Positions 1 through 9,008 of a stretch of DNA of 64,000 nucleotides are shown here, one piece after another. Source of the stretch: Bacillota bacterium (GTDB lineage Bacteria > Bacillota > Dethiobacteria > DTU022 > UBA8154); contig JAUSPO010000047.1 of the NCBI GenBank assembly GCA_030656575.1, positions 3,030-67,029 of the forward strand. The letters run 5' to 3'. Both the position numbers and the translations under genes were made by a program. The first letter of the stretch is position 1; the number at the start of each line of letters is the position of its first letter. Below the pieces are notes generated by a model. The model ran no database searches, had not been told where the DNA came from, and saw only the letters and a list, made by a program, of their open reading frames with translations.

Positions 1-125
1 ATGATTCATAATCCAGGTAAAGAAATGGCAATTTTTCGACGAGTATCATACTATGCATTATCTAACAAATATACTATAATAATGTTAAAAGAACAATGTG
101 GAAGTCGTAAAAGGAGGCAGGATAA

Positions 126-377
126 ATGGTCCGGATGAGCGATTTAAGAGATCGTGATGTTATCAACGTGAATGACGGAAAAAGGCTGGGAGTAATAATA
201 GATATTGATATGGACATAGAAAATGGAAGAGTAAAGGCTATTGTTTTACCAGGATCAGGCGGCTTTATGGGTGTAATCGGCAGAAAAAACGACCTGGTGA
301 TCCCTTGGGAAAAGATTGTGAAGATCGGTGTAGACACAATCCTTGTAGATTATACCGTTGAAATGGAAAATGCATAG
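126..377 (+). CDS. ylmC: YlmC/YmxH-family (PRC-barrel) sporulation protein
   Basis: 83-aa ORF with the motifs DGKRLGVIIDIDMD..GRVKAIVLP..LVIPWEKIVKIG typical of the YlmC/YmxH family. An AAAGGAGG Shine-Dalgarno sequence lies 7 nt upstream. Position upstream of nrdR matches the dcw-cluster tail. Confidence 0.6.
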   Translation: MVRMSDLRDRDVINVNDGKRLGVIIDIDMDIENGRVKAIVLPGSGGFMGVIGRKNDLVIPWEKIVKIGVDTILVDYTVEMENA

Positions 378-449
378 GGTGGACATACTTTTCTGCTTAT
401 AATATAATGAAAATGTTCCTGCAAGAAGGTAAAACAGGAGGGAACCGAG

Positions 450-917
450 ATGATTAGATGCCCTTATTGTGGTAAATATGATAATAAAGTTGTTGATGAG
501 AGGCTATTTGATGATGGGGAATCTATTCGCAGGCGTAGAGCATGTTCACAGTGCAATAAAAATTTCACCACTTTTGAAAAAGTGGATGAAATTCCTCTTT
601 TTGTTTTAAAAAAAGATGCCCGAAAGCAGTTTTTTGATAGGAATAAAATTTTGGAGGGATTGATCCGGTCAGGCGAGAAAGGTCCGATTTCCATGCAAAC
701 TTATCAAAACATTGTGGATGAACTTGAGAGAGAATTGCGGTCAGCGGACGATCATGAGATAACATCAGATTTGATTGGAATGAAGATTCTTGAAAAACTT
801 TTACCCATCGATGAAGTTGCATATGTTCGTTATGCTTCAGTTTTTTACCGTTACAGAGATATAGAAGATTTTAAAAAGGTTCTTGAAAAAGTTATTTCTT
901 TACGCAATAAAGGTTAA
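450..917 (+). CDS. nrdR: transcriptional repressor NrdR (Zn-ribbon + ATP-cone)
   Basis: N-terminal CPYCG..CSQC zinc ribbon followed by an ATP-cone. 155 aa. Directly upstream of an RNR-like gene. Confidence 0.9.
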   Translation: MIRCPYCGKYDNKVVDERLFDDGESIRRRRACSQCNKNFTTFEKVDEIPLFVLKKDARKQFFDRNKILEGLIRSGEKGPISMQTYQNIVDELERELRSADDHEITSDLIGMKILEKLLPIDEVAYVRYASVFYRYRDIEDFKKVLEKVISLRNKG

Positions 918-944
918 TATTGATCAGAAAGGAATGGTTATTAT

Positions 945-2789
945 TTGGATGTTTTCCCTTTGCAAGAAATCAGAAAAAGAGACGGAAGAATACTTCTATT
1001 TGATGCAGAAAAAATTACTCAGGCAATTTTTAAAGCAGCTAAAGCTGTTGGAGGGGAGAACTACTCACTAGCCCGGGATTTGACAAAAGATGTTATTAAT
1101 CATTTGCATGGGCTGAAATTGTCAGGATTGATTCCTACAGTGGAAGAGACTCAGGATGCAGTGGAAAAGGTTCTCATAGAAAAAGGACATGCCAGGACAG
1201 CTAAGGCCTATATTTTATACCGGGCAAAAAGGACTCGTATCAGAGATGCAAAGTCAGAACTAATGGACGTAGTAAAAGATATCCTGCTTGATGCAAATAT
1301 TCATGAAGAAAAAGAGAATAAGTATTCACCTCTGGAAAAAATGCACCAGATAGCCCTGGCGGCCAGTCAAAAATATTATCTTGATAACTTACTCCCACCA
1401 GAAATAGCGAATGCTCATCAAGGGGGGAGTTTTCAAATACAAAGTTTGGGTTATTACAGTAAAACGGTAGATTCTTTGCAAATAGAATTGTTACCTTTAC
1501 TTAAAAATGGATACGGAAGTGGGGAAAAAACTCCTCCTTCGGATCTCCTTACAGGGCTTTTACGAGCTGCATCTATAGTTCAAAAAAGTCGGAATGACAT
1601 CTATGGTGAACAGTCTTTCCCCTTTTTTGATACAGTTATTGCAGAAATGATGAGCGGTTTTAAAAGTAAGCCGCGTCAAGAGGAACTTTCTGAAGGCTTG
1701 GGGGAATTTATCTCTTACTTGAAGGAGCTCCCCTCTTTGAGATGCAGCCTGCAGGTGGGACTTGATACAACAGAAGACGGGAGAAAGATAACGAAGAATT
1801 TACTTCGCGAATTTTTGAAAAAAAAGAACGGGAACAACTCCATCCGGATTATTTTTCCCCTGAAAAAGGAGATAAATTTTTCAAAGGGAGATCCAAATTA
1901 TGATTTATACAGGCTGGCCCTTCAATCAGCTATTCGCACCGGAAATCCTTCATTTTTTTTCCTTGATACATCCTACAATACTTCCCTTGGGGCGGATATC
2001 TGTTATTTCAGCAATGGATTAAGAATAGCTGGAAACAGACAGGGCCCCTCCGGCGGGAAAAAAAGAGGGAACATTGCTTCTTTAACAATAAACCTGCCGA
2101 GGTTGGCTTTATCCGCTTTGGACGAAGAACTCTTTTTTGTGGAATTGGACCGTCTGTTAAGGTTAAGTGTGCGGCAGCTGCTGCACCGTTTTGAAGTATT
2201 GAGTTTACTGAAGTGCAGGGATTTACCCTTTTTAATGGGTGAAAAGCTTTACATGGGTAGTGAAAACCTCTCGCCTCATGATAGTATTAAAGAGTCACTC
2301 AAAAACGGTATCATTTCCCTGGGGTTTACCGGGCTGCCGGAGGCTGCCCGTTTCCTGGCCGCCGCAGAGCAAAAAGGAGAAAAGGAACACGGCTATCTGC
2401 CGTTAGCCTTAAAAATTGTGCGTCACATGTCAAAGAGGGTTAAATCTTTTGCTGATGAGTATGACATGAATATAGAACTTTTCGGTGCTGTAAGCAGCGA
2501 CAAATTAGAAGCCCTGGTGGAAAAAGACCGTAAAGATTTCGGGCAGGTCAAAGGTGTTACAGATAAGGATTTTTATAGTTCATCATTTATTCTATTTCAG
2601 GAAGATGAAGGTTTGGACAATAAAATTGTGGTGGAGGGTGAAATACATAAACATTGTACGGCAGGTTATTTAAGTAAAATGCTTTTAATTCCTGGAATTG
2701 ATATGGATGGAGCCGAAGATATCATGCAAAAAATGGCTAAAAGCCATATCGGTCATGTTTCCATCAGCACGTTCTATGAAGGTGGATGA
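945..2789 (+). CDS. ATP-cone-containing ribonucleotide-reductase-like protein (class III NrdD-like, atypical)
   Basis: N-terminal ATP-cone (KRDGRILLFDAEKITQAIFKA). An internal GKKRGNIASLTINLPRLAL segment resembles the NrdD GRxNxGVVTINLPRIAL motif (recalled from memory). The C-terminus has TAGYL where the glycyl-radical RxCGYL motif would be. Only 4 Cys in total and no CxxC...CxxC Zn site. No nrdG-like gene is adjacent. Confidence 0.45.
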   Translation: MDVFPLQEIRKRDGRILLFDAEKITQAIFKAAKAVGGENYSLARDLTKDVINHLHGLKLSGLIPTVEETQDAVEKVLIEKGHARTAKAYILYRAKRTRIRDAKSELMDVVKDILLDANIHEEKENKYSPLEKMHQIALAASQKYYLDNLLPPEIANAHQGGSFQIQSLGYYSKTVDSLQIELLPLLKNGYGSGEKTPPSDLLTGLLRAASIVQKSRNDIYGEQSFPFFDTVIAEMMSGFKSKPRQEELSEGLGEFISYLKELPSLRCSLQVGLDTTEDGRKITKNLLREFLKKKNGNNSIRIIFPLKKEINFSKGDPNYDLYRLALQSAIRTGNPSFFFLDTSYNTSLGADICYFSNGLRIAGNRQGPSGGKKRGNIASLTINLPRLALSALDEELFFVELDRLLRLSVRQLLHRFEVLSLLKCRDLPFLMGEKLYMGSENLSPHDSIKESLKNGIISLGFTGLPEAARFLAAAEQKGEKEHGYLPLALKIVRHMSKRVKSFADEYDMNIELFGAVSSDKLEALVEKDRKDFGQVKGVTDKDFYSSSFILFQEDEGLDNKIVVEGEIHKHCTAGYLSKMLLIPGIDMDGAEDIMQKMAKSHIGHVSISTFYEGG

Positions 2790-3622
2790 TGAAAATTAAT
2801 ACAATGGTAATAGCTGAAGCGGGTGGGATAACATATTTCTCTCTACCCTGTTGGGAAAAATGGGGCTTTTTAAAACATGGTTTTTCTTCCCGTAATGGGG
2901 GGGTAAGCAAGGGGCCTTTTGTTTCCCTTAACCTGGGTTTTCGGGGAGGTGACAGGTCTGAAGCGATACATGAGAATCGGAGAAGATTTTTGGGATTATG
3001 GGGTAAAAAAGAGGAAGATCTCATTTGCGGCGAACAGGTGCATGGGACAGAGGTTTTTCTGGTTAATGAGTCCTTTGCACGTGAAGCTAATGGTCAGATA
3101 CCTTCTACGGATGCACTCGTAACAGCTCAGCCTGGTATGCTGCTGGGGGCTTTTTCTGCGGACTGTCTCCTTGCGTTTTTTGTGGAACCTTCAGTGCCGG
3201 CGATAGGCCTCGCCCATGCAGGATGGCGGGGCACCTGTATGGGCATTTTCGATCGTGTAGTGAATGCTATGTGTTTGAACTTTGGAGCCAGGACGGATTC
3301 AATTGAGGTTTTACTTGCTCCTTCCATAGGAGCATGTTGTTATGAAGTGGGCAAAGAGGTCCTTGATATATTATCTGCTTCCCCTTGGAGAGAGGAAATA
3401 GTTCTCTGTCCAGGGACAAGACCGGGACATCCTTTTATGGATTTGCAGGAAACAAACTTTAATATTCTTTGTAAGGCTGGGATTAGGGCTGAAAATATTT
3501 TTAGAAGTGATTACTGCACCCACTGCAACCAGCACCTTTTTTACTCCTACAGGCGGGAGGGCGGAGGCCCGACAGGAAGTCAGATGGGTATAATCTTTTT
3601 GAACCAGGGTGGCAGTAAATGA
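2786..3622 (+). CDS. pgeF: peptidoglycan editing factor PgeF / YfiH-YlmD (DUF152, purine nucleoside phosphorylase-like)
   Basis: DUF152-family motifs (HGTEV..., SADCLL..., His/Cys residues). Start overlaps the upstream stop (ATGA). Occupies the classic ylmD position. Confidence 0.8.
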   Translation: MMKINTMVIAEAGGITYFSLPCWEKWGFLKHGFSSRNGGVSKGPFVSLNLGFRGGDRSEAIHENRRRFLGLWGKKEEDLICGEQVHGTEVFLVNESFAREANGQIPSTDALVTAQPGMLLGAFSADCLLAFFVEPSVPAIGLAHAGWRGTCMGIFDRVVNAMCLNFGARTDSIEVLLAPSIGACCYEVGKEVLDILSASPWREEIVLCPGTRPGHPFMDLQETNFNILCKAGIRAENIFRSDYCTHCNQHLFYSYRREGGGPTGSQMGIIFLNQGGSK

Positions 3623-4734
3623 GCAGGAAGAAGCAGGAAAAAAAGGGACATCTGAAAGTTATTGAAGGCAGTGGACTGGGAGCGGGCAGGGAGACAGAGT
3701 GGTATAAAAAAAATCCTACTTACCTTCTTTTGTTCTTACTGGCGTTTTTTCTGTTGGCTCAAATCCTGATTGGCTGGGTCTGGGGAACAGTTAATCAAAA
3801 AGTTATCGCTACAGTTTCGGCGAGTAAAGAAGTTGTTAATATGACTTCTTCTACATGGGGATTAATTACTTTTGACGAGGAAGTAATTCTTGCTCCATGC
3901 CCCGGGTTTGTATATTATCATGTAGAAGAGGGTGTAAGAGTTCCTGTAGGCAAAGAACTGGCAGCAATTATGGATTTTCCCCTGGATGAGGATGAAAAGG
4001 AAGCCGAAGAAAAGGGAGTTATGGAATATTATGAAGAAATTAAAAGATGGTTTCTTCATGGTGACAGAGGTATGGATTACTCCCCTTTTTTTCATCGGAA
4101 TGAAGAGACGGTAGTGGCTGCTCCTTTAGCAGGATTAGTTAACCTGCAGATCGATGGTTTCGAAAAGTATGGTCCGACCTCCGGTTTCCCATATTTGACT
4201 GAAGATGAATATCAGGAAAAAAAATTCTCTGAAAAGCGGCTGGAGTCCGGCGAGAAAGTTTACCGCTACATGCCCCTTTTAAGAATTATGAACAATTATT
4301 ACTGGTATTACAGTACTGTGCTTTCAGCTGAACAGGGAGAATTATTGGCCGATAAATCAACTGTAAATCTTTATTTTTCATTTGCGCCTGAAACGCCTGT
4401 CTGGGGAGAAAGGGTGGAAGTGAGAGAAAGAGAAAGCAATGGGGACGTTGAGATTACATGGAGAATAAATCGTTCACTTCCAGATTTTTATAGCCGGCGC
4501 TTAAGTAATGCAGATATTGTATATAAGGATATAGAAGGAATGCTCGTTCCGATAGATGCTGTCCTTGAAATAGATGGGAAAAAAGGTGTTTTCGTAGTAG
4601 ACAAAGGGCTGGTAAGCTTTCTGGAAGTTGTTATTGTGATGGAAAGAGAAAATAGTATCTTAGTTGAAAACCTTAATCCTGACCACAGGATTGTTCTAAA
4701 ACCGGAAAGCGTGAGGGAAGGGCAGCGTTTTTAA
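3619..4734 (+). CDS. hypothetical membrane-anchored protein with HlyD/biotin-lipoyl-like beta-hairpin
   Basis: Single N-terminal TM helix (LLLFLLAFFLLAQILIGWVW) followed by a soluble domain with a CPGFVYYHVEEGVRVPVGKELAAI lipoyl-like hairpin. Sits between pgeF and yggS. Function unknown. Confidence 0.35.
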   Translation: MSRKKQEKKGHLKVIEGSGLGAGRETEWYKKNPTYLLLFLLAFFLLAQILIGWVWGTVNQKVIATVSASKEVVNMTSSTWGLITFDEEVILAPCPGFVYYHVEEGVRVPVGKELAAIMDFPLDEDEKEAEEKGVMEYYEEIKRWFLHGDRGMDYSPFFHRNEETVVAAPLAGLVNLQIDGFEKYGPTSGFPYLTEDEYQEKKFSEKRLESGEKVYRYMPLLRIMNNYYWYYSTVLSAEQGELLADKSTVNLYFSFAPETPVWGERVEVRERESNGDVEITWRINRSLPDFYSRRLSNADIVYKDIEGMLVPIDAVLEIDGKKGVFVVDKGLVSFLEVVIVMERENSILVENLNPDHRIVLKPESVREGQRF

Positions 4735-4770
4735 GAGAAAAGATCAGAGTATTTAAAGGAGTGCCTGTTA

Positions 4771-5439
4771 TTGTTAAACAAAAACTTGGTATCGGTAAAA
4801 GAGCGCCTGAAAAGGGCAGCTTCAAAAAGAGGAGTCTCTGCTGAAGAGATTACGATGGTAGCGGTAAGCAAAACTGTCCCTGTTGAGGTGATTAATGAGG
4901 CGTGGAAGTTGGGTGTTGCTTCATTTGGGGAAAACAGGGTTCAGGATGCTGTACCCAAAATAGGTTCTCTGCCAGAGGAGATTAACTGGCATTTTATCGG
5001 ACATTTGCAAACCAACAAGGTTAAACAGGTTCTTCCCCTCTTTAAGCTTATTCATTCGCTGGACAGTGTTAAACTTGCCAGGGTAATACAAAAAGAAGGG
5101 GAAAACAACAGCCTTTCAGTAAACGTTCTCCTGCAGGTAAATATTGCTTTAGAAGAAAGCAAATATGGCTTCCGACAGGAAGAAGTTCGGGATGCCCTGG
5201 AAGAAATTGCATCCTATAAAAATTTAAGAGTACTGGGTTTAATGGGTATTGCTCCCTTTTTACCCGACCCGGAAGAGGTAAGGCCGTATTTTCGGCAGCT
5301 CCACCGGCTCTTCAAAGAGATATCTATTCCAGGGGTGGAGATGAAATACCTGTCCATGGGGATGAGTAATGATTTTGAGATTGCTGTGGAAGAAGGGGCA
5401 AACATGGTTCGCCTTGGCAGTGTTCTTTTTGGAGAATGA
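4771..5439 (+). CDS. yggS: PLP-homeostasis protein YggS/YlmE (alanine-racemase-fold)
   Basis: 222 aa with the VAVSKT (PLP lysine), GENRVQ and HFIGHLQTNK family signatures. TTG start. Confidence 0.85.
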   Translation: MLNKNLVSVKERLKRAASKRGVSAEEITMVAVSKTVPVEVINEAWKLGVASFGENRVQDAVPKIGSLPEEINWHFIGHLQTNKVKQVLPLFKLIHSLDSVKLARVIQKEGENNSLSVNVLLQVNIALEESKYGFRQEEVRDALEEIASYKNLRVLGLMGIAPFLPDPEEVRPYFRQLHRLFKEISIPGVEMKYLSMGMSNDFEIAVEEGANMVRLGSVLFGE

Positions 5440-5462
5440 ACTTGAATAACGGGAGGTGGAAT

Positions 5463-5900
5463 TTGGTGAATCTCTGGGAAAAGATTTTGAAAACTCTGGG
5501 CCTGCTTGAAGAAGGAGATGAAGAGTATGTGGAACGCGAACTCCCCAGGAAAACTGGTATAAAAGGGAAGGTTCTGGATTTTCGTCCTTCCGAGGCAGGT
5601 TACAGGTTAATCGTAAGCAATCCTCACAGTTTTTTGGAGTCAGAGGAAATCGGCGGTCATCTTAAAAACAAACGACCTATTGTTGTTAATCTGGAAGGGA
5701 TGGATTCCGAAGAGGCCAAAAGAACTGTTGACTTTTTAAGTGGGGTAATATTTGCTTTAAACGGCAGTTCCCAGAAAGTCAGTCACCAAATCTTTGTTTT
5801 TGTTCCTTCCGGAGTTACCTTAAACTCTGATTTACACAAAGGATTAAAAGAACGGGATTTACTTCTCAACGATACTGGTGAATACTTTAAAGATCAGTAA
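5463..5900 (+). CDS. sepF: cell division protein SepF (YlmF)
   Basis: C-terminal SepF domain (PIVVNLEGMDSEEAKRTVDFLSGVIFALNGS..IFVFVPSGV). The ORF track starts at 5436. A TTG at 5463 sits 5 nt after a GGGAGGTGG Shine-Dalgarno sequence, so I prefer it as the start. Confidence 0.75.
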   Translation: MVNLWEKILKTLGLLEEGDEEYVERELPRKTGIKGKVLDFRPSEAGYRLIVSNPHSFLESEEIGGHLKNKRPIVVNLEGMDSEEAKRTVDFLSGVIFALNGSSQKVSHQIFVFVPSGVTLNSDLHKGLKERDLLLNDTGEYFKDQ

Positions 5901-5926
5901 TCGTGACTGTGGGATGCGTTCCAATC

Positions 5927-6256
5927 TCACATCTCTTTAATATGGGTAATATTTTTTATGGTTACTGCTTTTCTCCCGTCTTTGCTTAAAAGGGTTATCT
6001 GTCCTGATAGTAGATTTATATTTTTTACTACTCCCTCAAGTGTTAGGAATTGCTCATCTGCGAATAATGTTACCTGGATCCCCAGTCCTAAATTTAGTGA
6101 TTGAATGATGGTCCGCTCAAAAAGTTCATACTGTTGTTCGTCCAAAATCGGAAAATCATAATTTTCCAGCTGTAATCTTTGGGCCCTCAGATGTTCACGG
6201 TGTTCCGGCAGCATCATACGGCTGCAGGCAAACTGGTTGTCTATCTTTTTTATCAT
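5927..6256 (-). CDS. YolD-like family protein
   Basis: 109-aa ORF on the - strand resembling the YolD-like (pfam08863) family; assigned from memory by size and sequence character. The only minus-strand gene in the ylm region. Confidence 0.45.
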   Translation of the reverse strand: MIKKIDNQFACSRMMLPEHREHLRAQRLQLENYDFPILDEQQYELFERTIIQSLNLGLGIQVTLFADEQFLTLEGVVKNINLLSGQITLLSKDGRKAVTIKNITHIKEM

Positions 6257-6446
6257 GGTTGCATCCTCCTTTCATGATTTTAATGGCAAATGTGTGTTCT
6301 ATATATTATACTGCCATCGAAGGGTAAATGACAAGTCTTTACACAGATGAAAAATTTACCAGTAAAAGTTTCAATCATTTGCATACTTTGATGCTGTTGC
6401 ATTCAGTAGACTTGACCATGGCATGAAGAATGTATAAACTATAAAT

Positions 6447-6591
6447 GTAACTACTCAGATAAAAGACAAGTGAAGCTTGGGGACGGTTCGAGCGTCACCG
6501 TAGCGTAGCGAAGGTCCGAAGGGAAGACGATGGAACCGTCCCCATGCTTTGCGTCCCGAGCGACTAAGTAACCTAATGGCTGAGTAGTTAC
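6447..6591. repeat. inverted-repeat-bounded structured element (12-bp outer IR GTAACTACTCAG/CTGAGTAGTTAC, 11-bp inner IR GGGGACGGTTC/GAACCGTCCCC) followed by tandem CAGGAGT heptamers
   Basis: Both inverted repeats are perfect and read directly from the sequence. A CAGGAGTCAGGAGTCAG tail sits at 6607..6623. The element is GC-rich relative to its flanks. Confidence 0.6.
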
Positions 6592-6646
6592 CTATAAATA
6601 AGTAATCAGGAGTCAGGAGTCAGAATACCTTACCTTAGATGAAAGG

Positions 6647-6934
6647 GTGAGCAATATCTTATTACGTAATATGGTCGAGGTTTTTTTTGATATTCTTCGT
6701 TTTTTAATTTTTGCACGTATCATCTTAAGTTTTTTTCCTGTTAATCCTCATGGAAATCCTACGTTTAAGAATGTTATACAGTATATTTACATGTTAACAG
6801 AACCTATTTTAGCTCCTTTCCGAAGCCTGATTCCTCCTTTAAGGATAGGTGGTGGAGGATACCTGGATTTGTCCCCTATCATCGCCGTAATCGTATTAAA
6901 TTTCGTGCGCCGTTTTGTGCTTGGTTTTCTTTAA
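6647..6934 (+). CDS. ylmG: YggT/YlmG family membrane protein
   Basis: 95-aa membrane protein matching the YggT family in sequence character. GTG start after a GAAAGGG Shine-Dalgarno sequence. Conserved position after sepF. Confidence 0.75.
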   Translation: MSNILLRNMVEVFFDILRFLIFARIILSFFPVNPHGNPTFKNVIQYIYMLTEPILAPFRSLIPPLRIGGGGYLDLSPIIAVIVLNFVRRFVLGFL

Positions 6935-7024
6935 TCGAACAGAGTCAACTGCAGGAATTATGAGTAGTATCGGCATTCTTCAGAACCTGCGCAAGCCTTC
7001 AAATGTTTTAGTTACAAAGAAAGA

Positions 7025-7831
7025 ATGGTGATTAAACTGAACAAGGGACAGATCCCCATAAATTACCCTCTTGCCACTGAAAAAAAGTGGGCAGCTTATT
7101 TTTGGTCCTTAATGGAGCATGCTGTGGAAAATAACTCAGAACAATGCAGTGCTTTTGTTGATCCCCGGCAGCAGGATATTGCCAGGGATTTATTTCCTCA
7201 TTTTACTGCTGTAAGCTGTTCTTTTTTTGGTGGATACCCTGAAGCAGAAAGGGTGAGATTGTGCGTCCGGCCTTTATCTCTGAGGGCTTCATCGGAAGGC
7301 GAAAGAATAAGCTGTCTGGCTCTTGATGGAGATTTTCCGGAAGGTATATTGACCCACCGTGATTTTTTGGGGACATTGTTGGGCCTTGGCATTAAGCGGG
7401 AAATGGTGGGAGATATCATTTACAGCGGGGGGAAACAAGCCTATGTTTTTCTGATAAAAGATATGGTTCCGTTTGTGAGAGATAACCTTAGAAAAACAGG
7501 CCGTTATACCTTAGAGGTTAGCGAGGTGGAGCTTGAATCACTGCCAATGGTTTTTGAACCCCGGCGTATTAAGGAAATTAAGGGGACAGTAGCTTCTATG
7601 AGACTTGATGCTGTTGCCGGTTTGGGTTTTAGCCTCTCCCGTTCAAAAATTACACCATTAATCAAGGGTGAACGGGTAAAGTTAAATCACCAATTCATAA
7701 ATCAGCCCTCAAAGACAGTAAAAGAGGGAGATCTCATCTCTCTGATCGGTAAAGGAAGAATTCAAGTCGTAAGCCAAATGGGGGAGAGCAAGAAAGGTAG
7801 GATGCACCTCTTGCTGCATAGGATGGTTTAG
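7025..7831 (+). CDS. ylmH: S4-domain RNA-binding protein YlmH
   Basis: 268 aa with a C-terminal S4-like domain. Conserved position between ylmG and divIVA. Confidence 0.7.
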   Translation: MVIKLNKGQIPINYPLATEKKWAAYFWSLMEHAVENNSEQCSAFVDPRQQDIARDLFPHFTAVSCSFFGGYPEAERVRLCVRPLSLRASSEGERISCLALDGDFPEGILTHRDFLGTLLGLGIKREMVGDIIYSGGKQAYVFLIKDMVPFVRDNLRKTGRYTLEVSEVELESLPMVFEPRRIKEIKGTVASMRLDAVAGLGFSLSRSKITPLIKGERVKLNHQFINQPSKTVKEGDLISLIGKGRIQVVSQMGESKKGRMHLLLHRMV

Positions 7832-8044
7832 GGCTGCTCCAGAACGTTCTCGTTAACCCCAGAATAACATAACAAATATCATTTTTCCCTAAAGCTTAAT
7901 GTTCACCTTTAGCTAACGAGTTTACGGCGGGTGTTACTTTCTGTATGAAAAATTTATTTAATAAGCAGGAAAATAAAGATAATTGTCGAAAATTTTACCT
8001 TATATATTATAAAAATTTAATCCCTTCGGAAAGGGGGAGAAATT

Positions 8045-8536
8045 ATGAGTATAACACCAATCGAAATCCAGAACAAAGAGTTTGAGAGAGCATTCCGTGG
8101 ATATAAGCAGGAAGAAGTGGATGAATTCTTGGATCGTGTATCCAAAGATTTTGAGATGGCTGTAAAAGAGAAGTTAAGCATGGAGGAAAAAAACCGGTCT
8201 TTGGAGGATAGGTTATCCCAGTATCAAAAATTGGAATCAACCCTTCACAATGCAATTATTGTGGCTCAGGAAACTGCTGAAGATGTTAAACGTAATGCCA
8301 ATAAGGAGGCAGAGCTAATCCGCAGGGAGGCTGAGAAAGAATCACAGAGAATTGTAGAAGAAGCTCGTTATAAATCCAGCCGTATCCTGGCTGAGCACGA
8401 AGAGATCTACAAGCAGGCCCAAATTTTTAAGCTTCGTTTCCGATCGCTTATTGAGGCACAACTTGCATCAATGGAACTTGAGGATTGGCTTCATGTAGAA
8501 AACGACGAAGAGCAGGAAGCAAGGGATATTGGTTAG
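8045..8536 (+). CDS. divIVA: cell division protein DivIVA
   Basis: N-terminal MSITPIEIQNKEFERAFRGYKQEEVDEFLDRV is the DivIVA lipid-binding domain. A coiled-coil follows. Confidence 0.9.
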   Translation: MSITPIEIQNKEFERAFRGYKQEEVDEFLDRVSKDFEMAVKEKLSMEEKNRSLEDRLSQYQKLESTLHNAIIVAQETAEDVKRNANKEAELIRREAEKESQRIVEEARYKSSRILAEHEEIYKQAQIFKLRFRSLIEAQLASMELEDWLHVENDEEQEARDIG

Positions 8537-8627
8537 GAATCCATGTCCTGCATCCGTATACATCCTTTTGTTTGACTATGGTTAAAATAAGTTTTATAAT
8601 AATTTAAAGTATTATAAATAAAAGCCA

Positions 8628-8910
8628 TGATCGGGAGAGTAGAGTGGTTTTTTTGCCTTTTAAGCGAGCCGGAAAGTGGTGGGAGACCGGTAAAGGCGGC
8701 CATATTGAAGATCACCCGGGAGTTCTTACTTTAAAAGCTCGTTAGTCTGTAATGTCTTAAATAAGTCATTCTTTCTGCGGCAAGTAGAAGTAAGCGTGAG
8801 ATTAGGCTGCGTTAAGCCGAAAGGGGTTATAGTTTAATTTCAGCTGTAACAACAAGGGTGGTACCGCGGGAAAATCTCGTCCCTGAGAGGCGAGATTTTA
8901 TTTTTTTTGT
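8628..8910 (+). promoter_or_regulatory. T-box riboswitch leader (Ile-specific) with intrinsic terminator
   Basis: Conserved T-box sequence AAGGGTGGTACCGCGG at 8854..8869. Terminator hairpin AAAATCTCGTCCC...GAGGCGAGATTTT plus a U-run at 8871..8909. A candidate AUC specifier lies in GAAGATCACC. Located upstream of ileS. Confidence 0.8.
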
Positions 8911-9008
8911 AAATAAAATATAAGGAGGTTAGAGCCTGGTTATTTATTTTATGGTGGGGGTCCTTGGAGAACTTAAGGTTTTGAGAGGATTGAACCAGGC
9001 GGTTGTTT

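Noticed and set aside
883-1071. 62-aa ORF overlapping the nrdR 3' end and the RNR-like gene start
   Set aside because: Out-of-frame overlap with two well-supported genes and no independent signal.
6505-6530. AAGGTCCGAAGGGAAGACGA inside the 6447 element resembles the SRP (4.5S/scRNA) helix-8 motif AGGUCCGGAAGGAAGCAGC. The element also begins GGGGAC and ends GTCCCC like a small 4.5S RNA.
   Set aside because: The 3' side lacks the conserved AGCAGC/CAGG symmetric-loop residues needed for Ffh binding. The two strands of the putative helix are very unequal in length (28 vs 12 nt). The similarity is one short motif recalled from memory.
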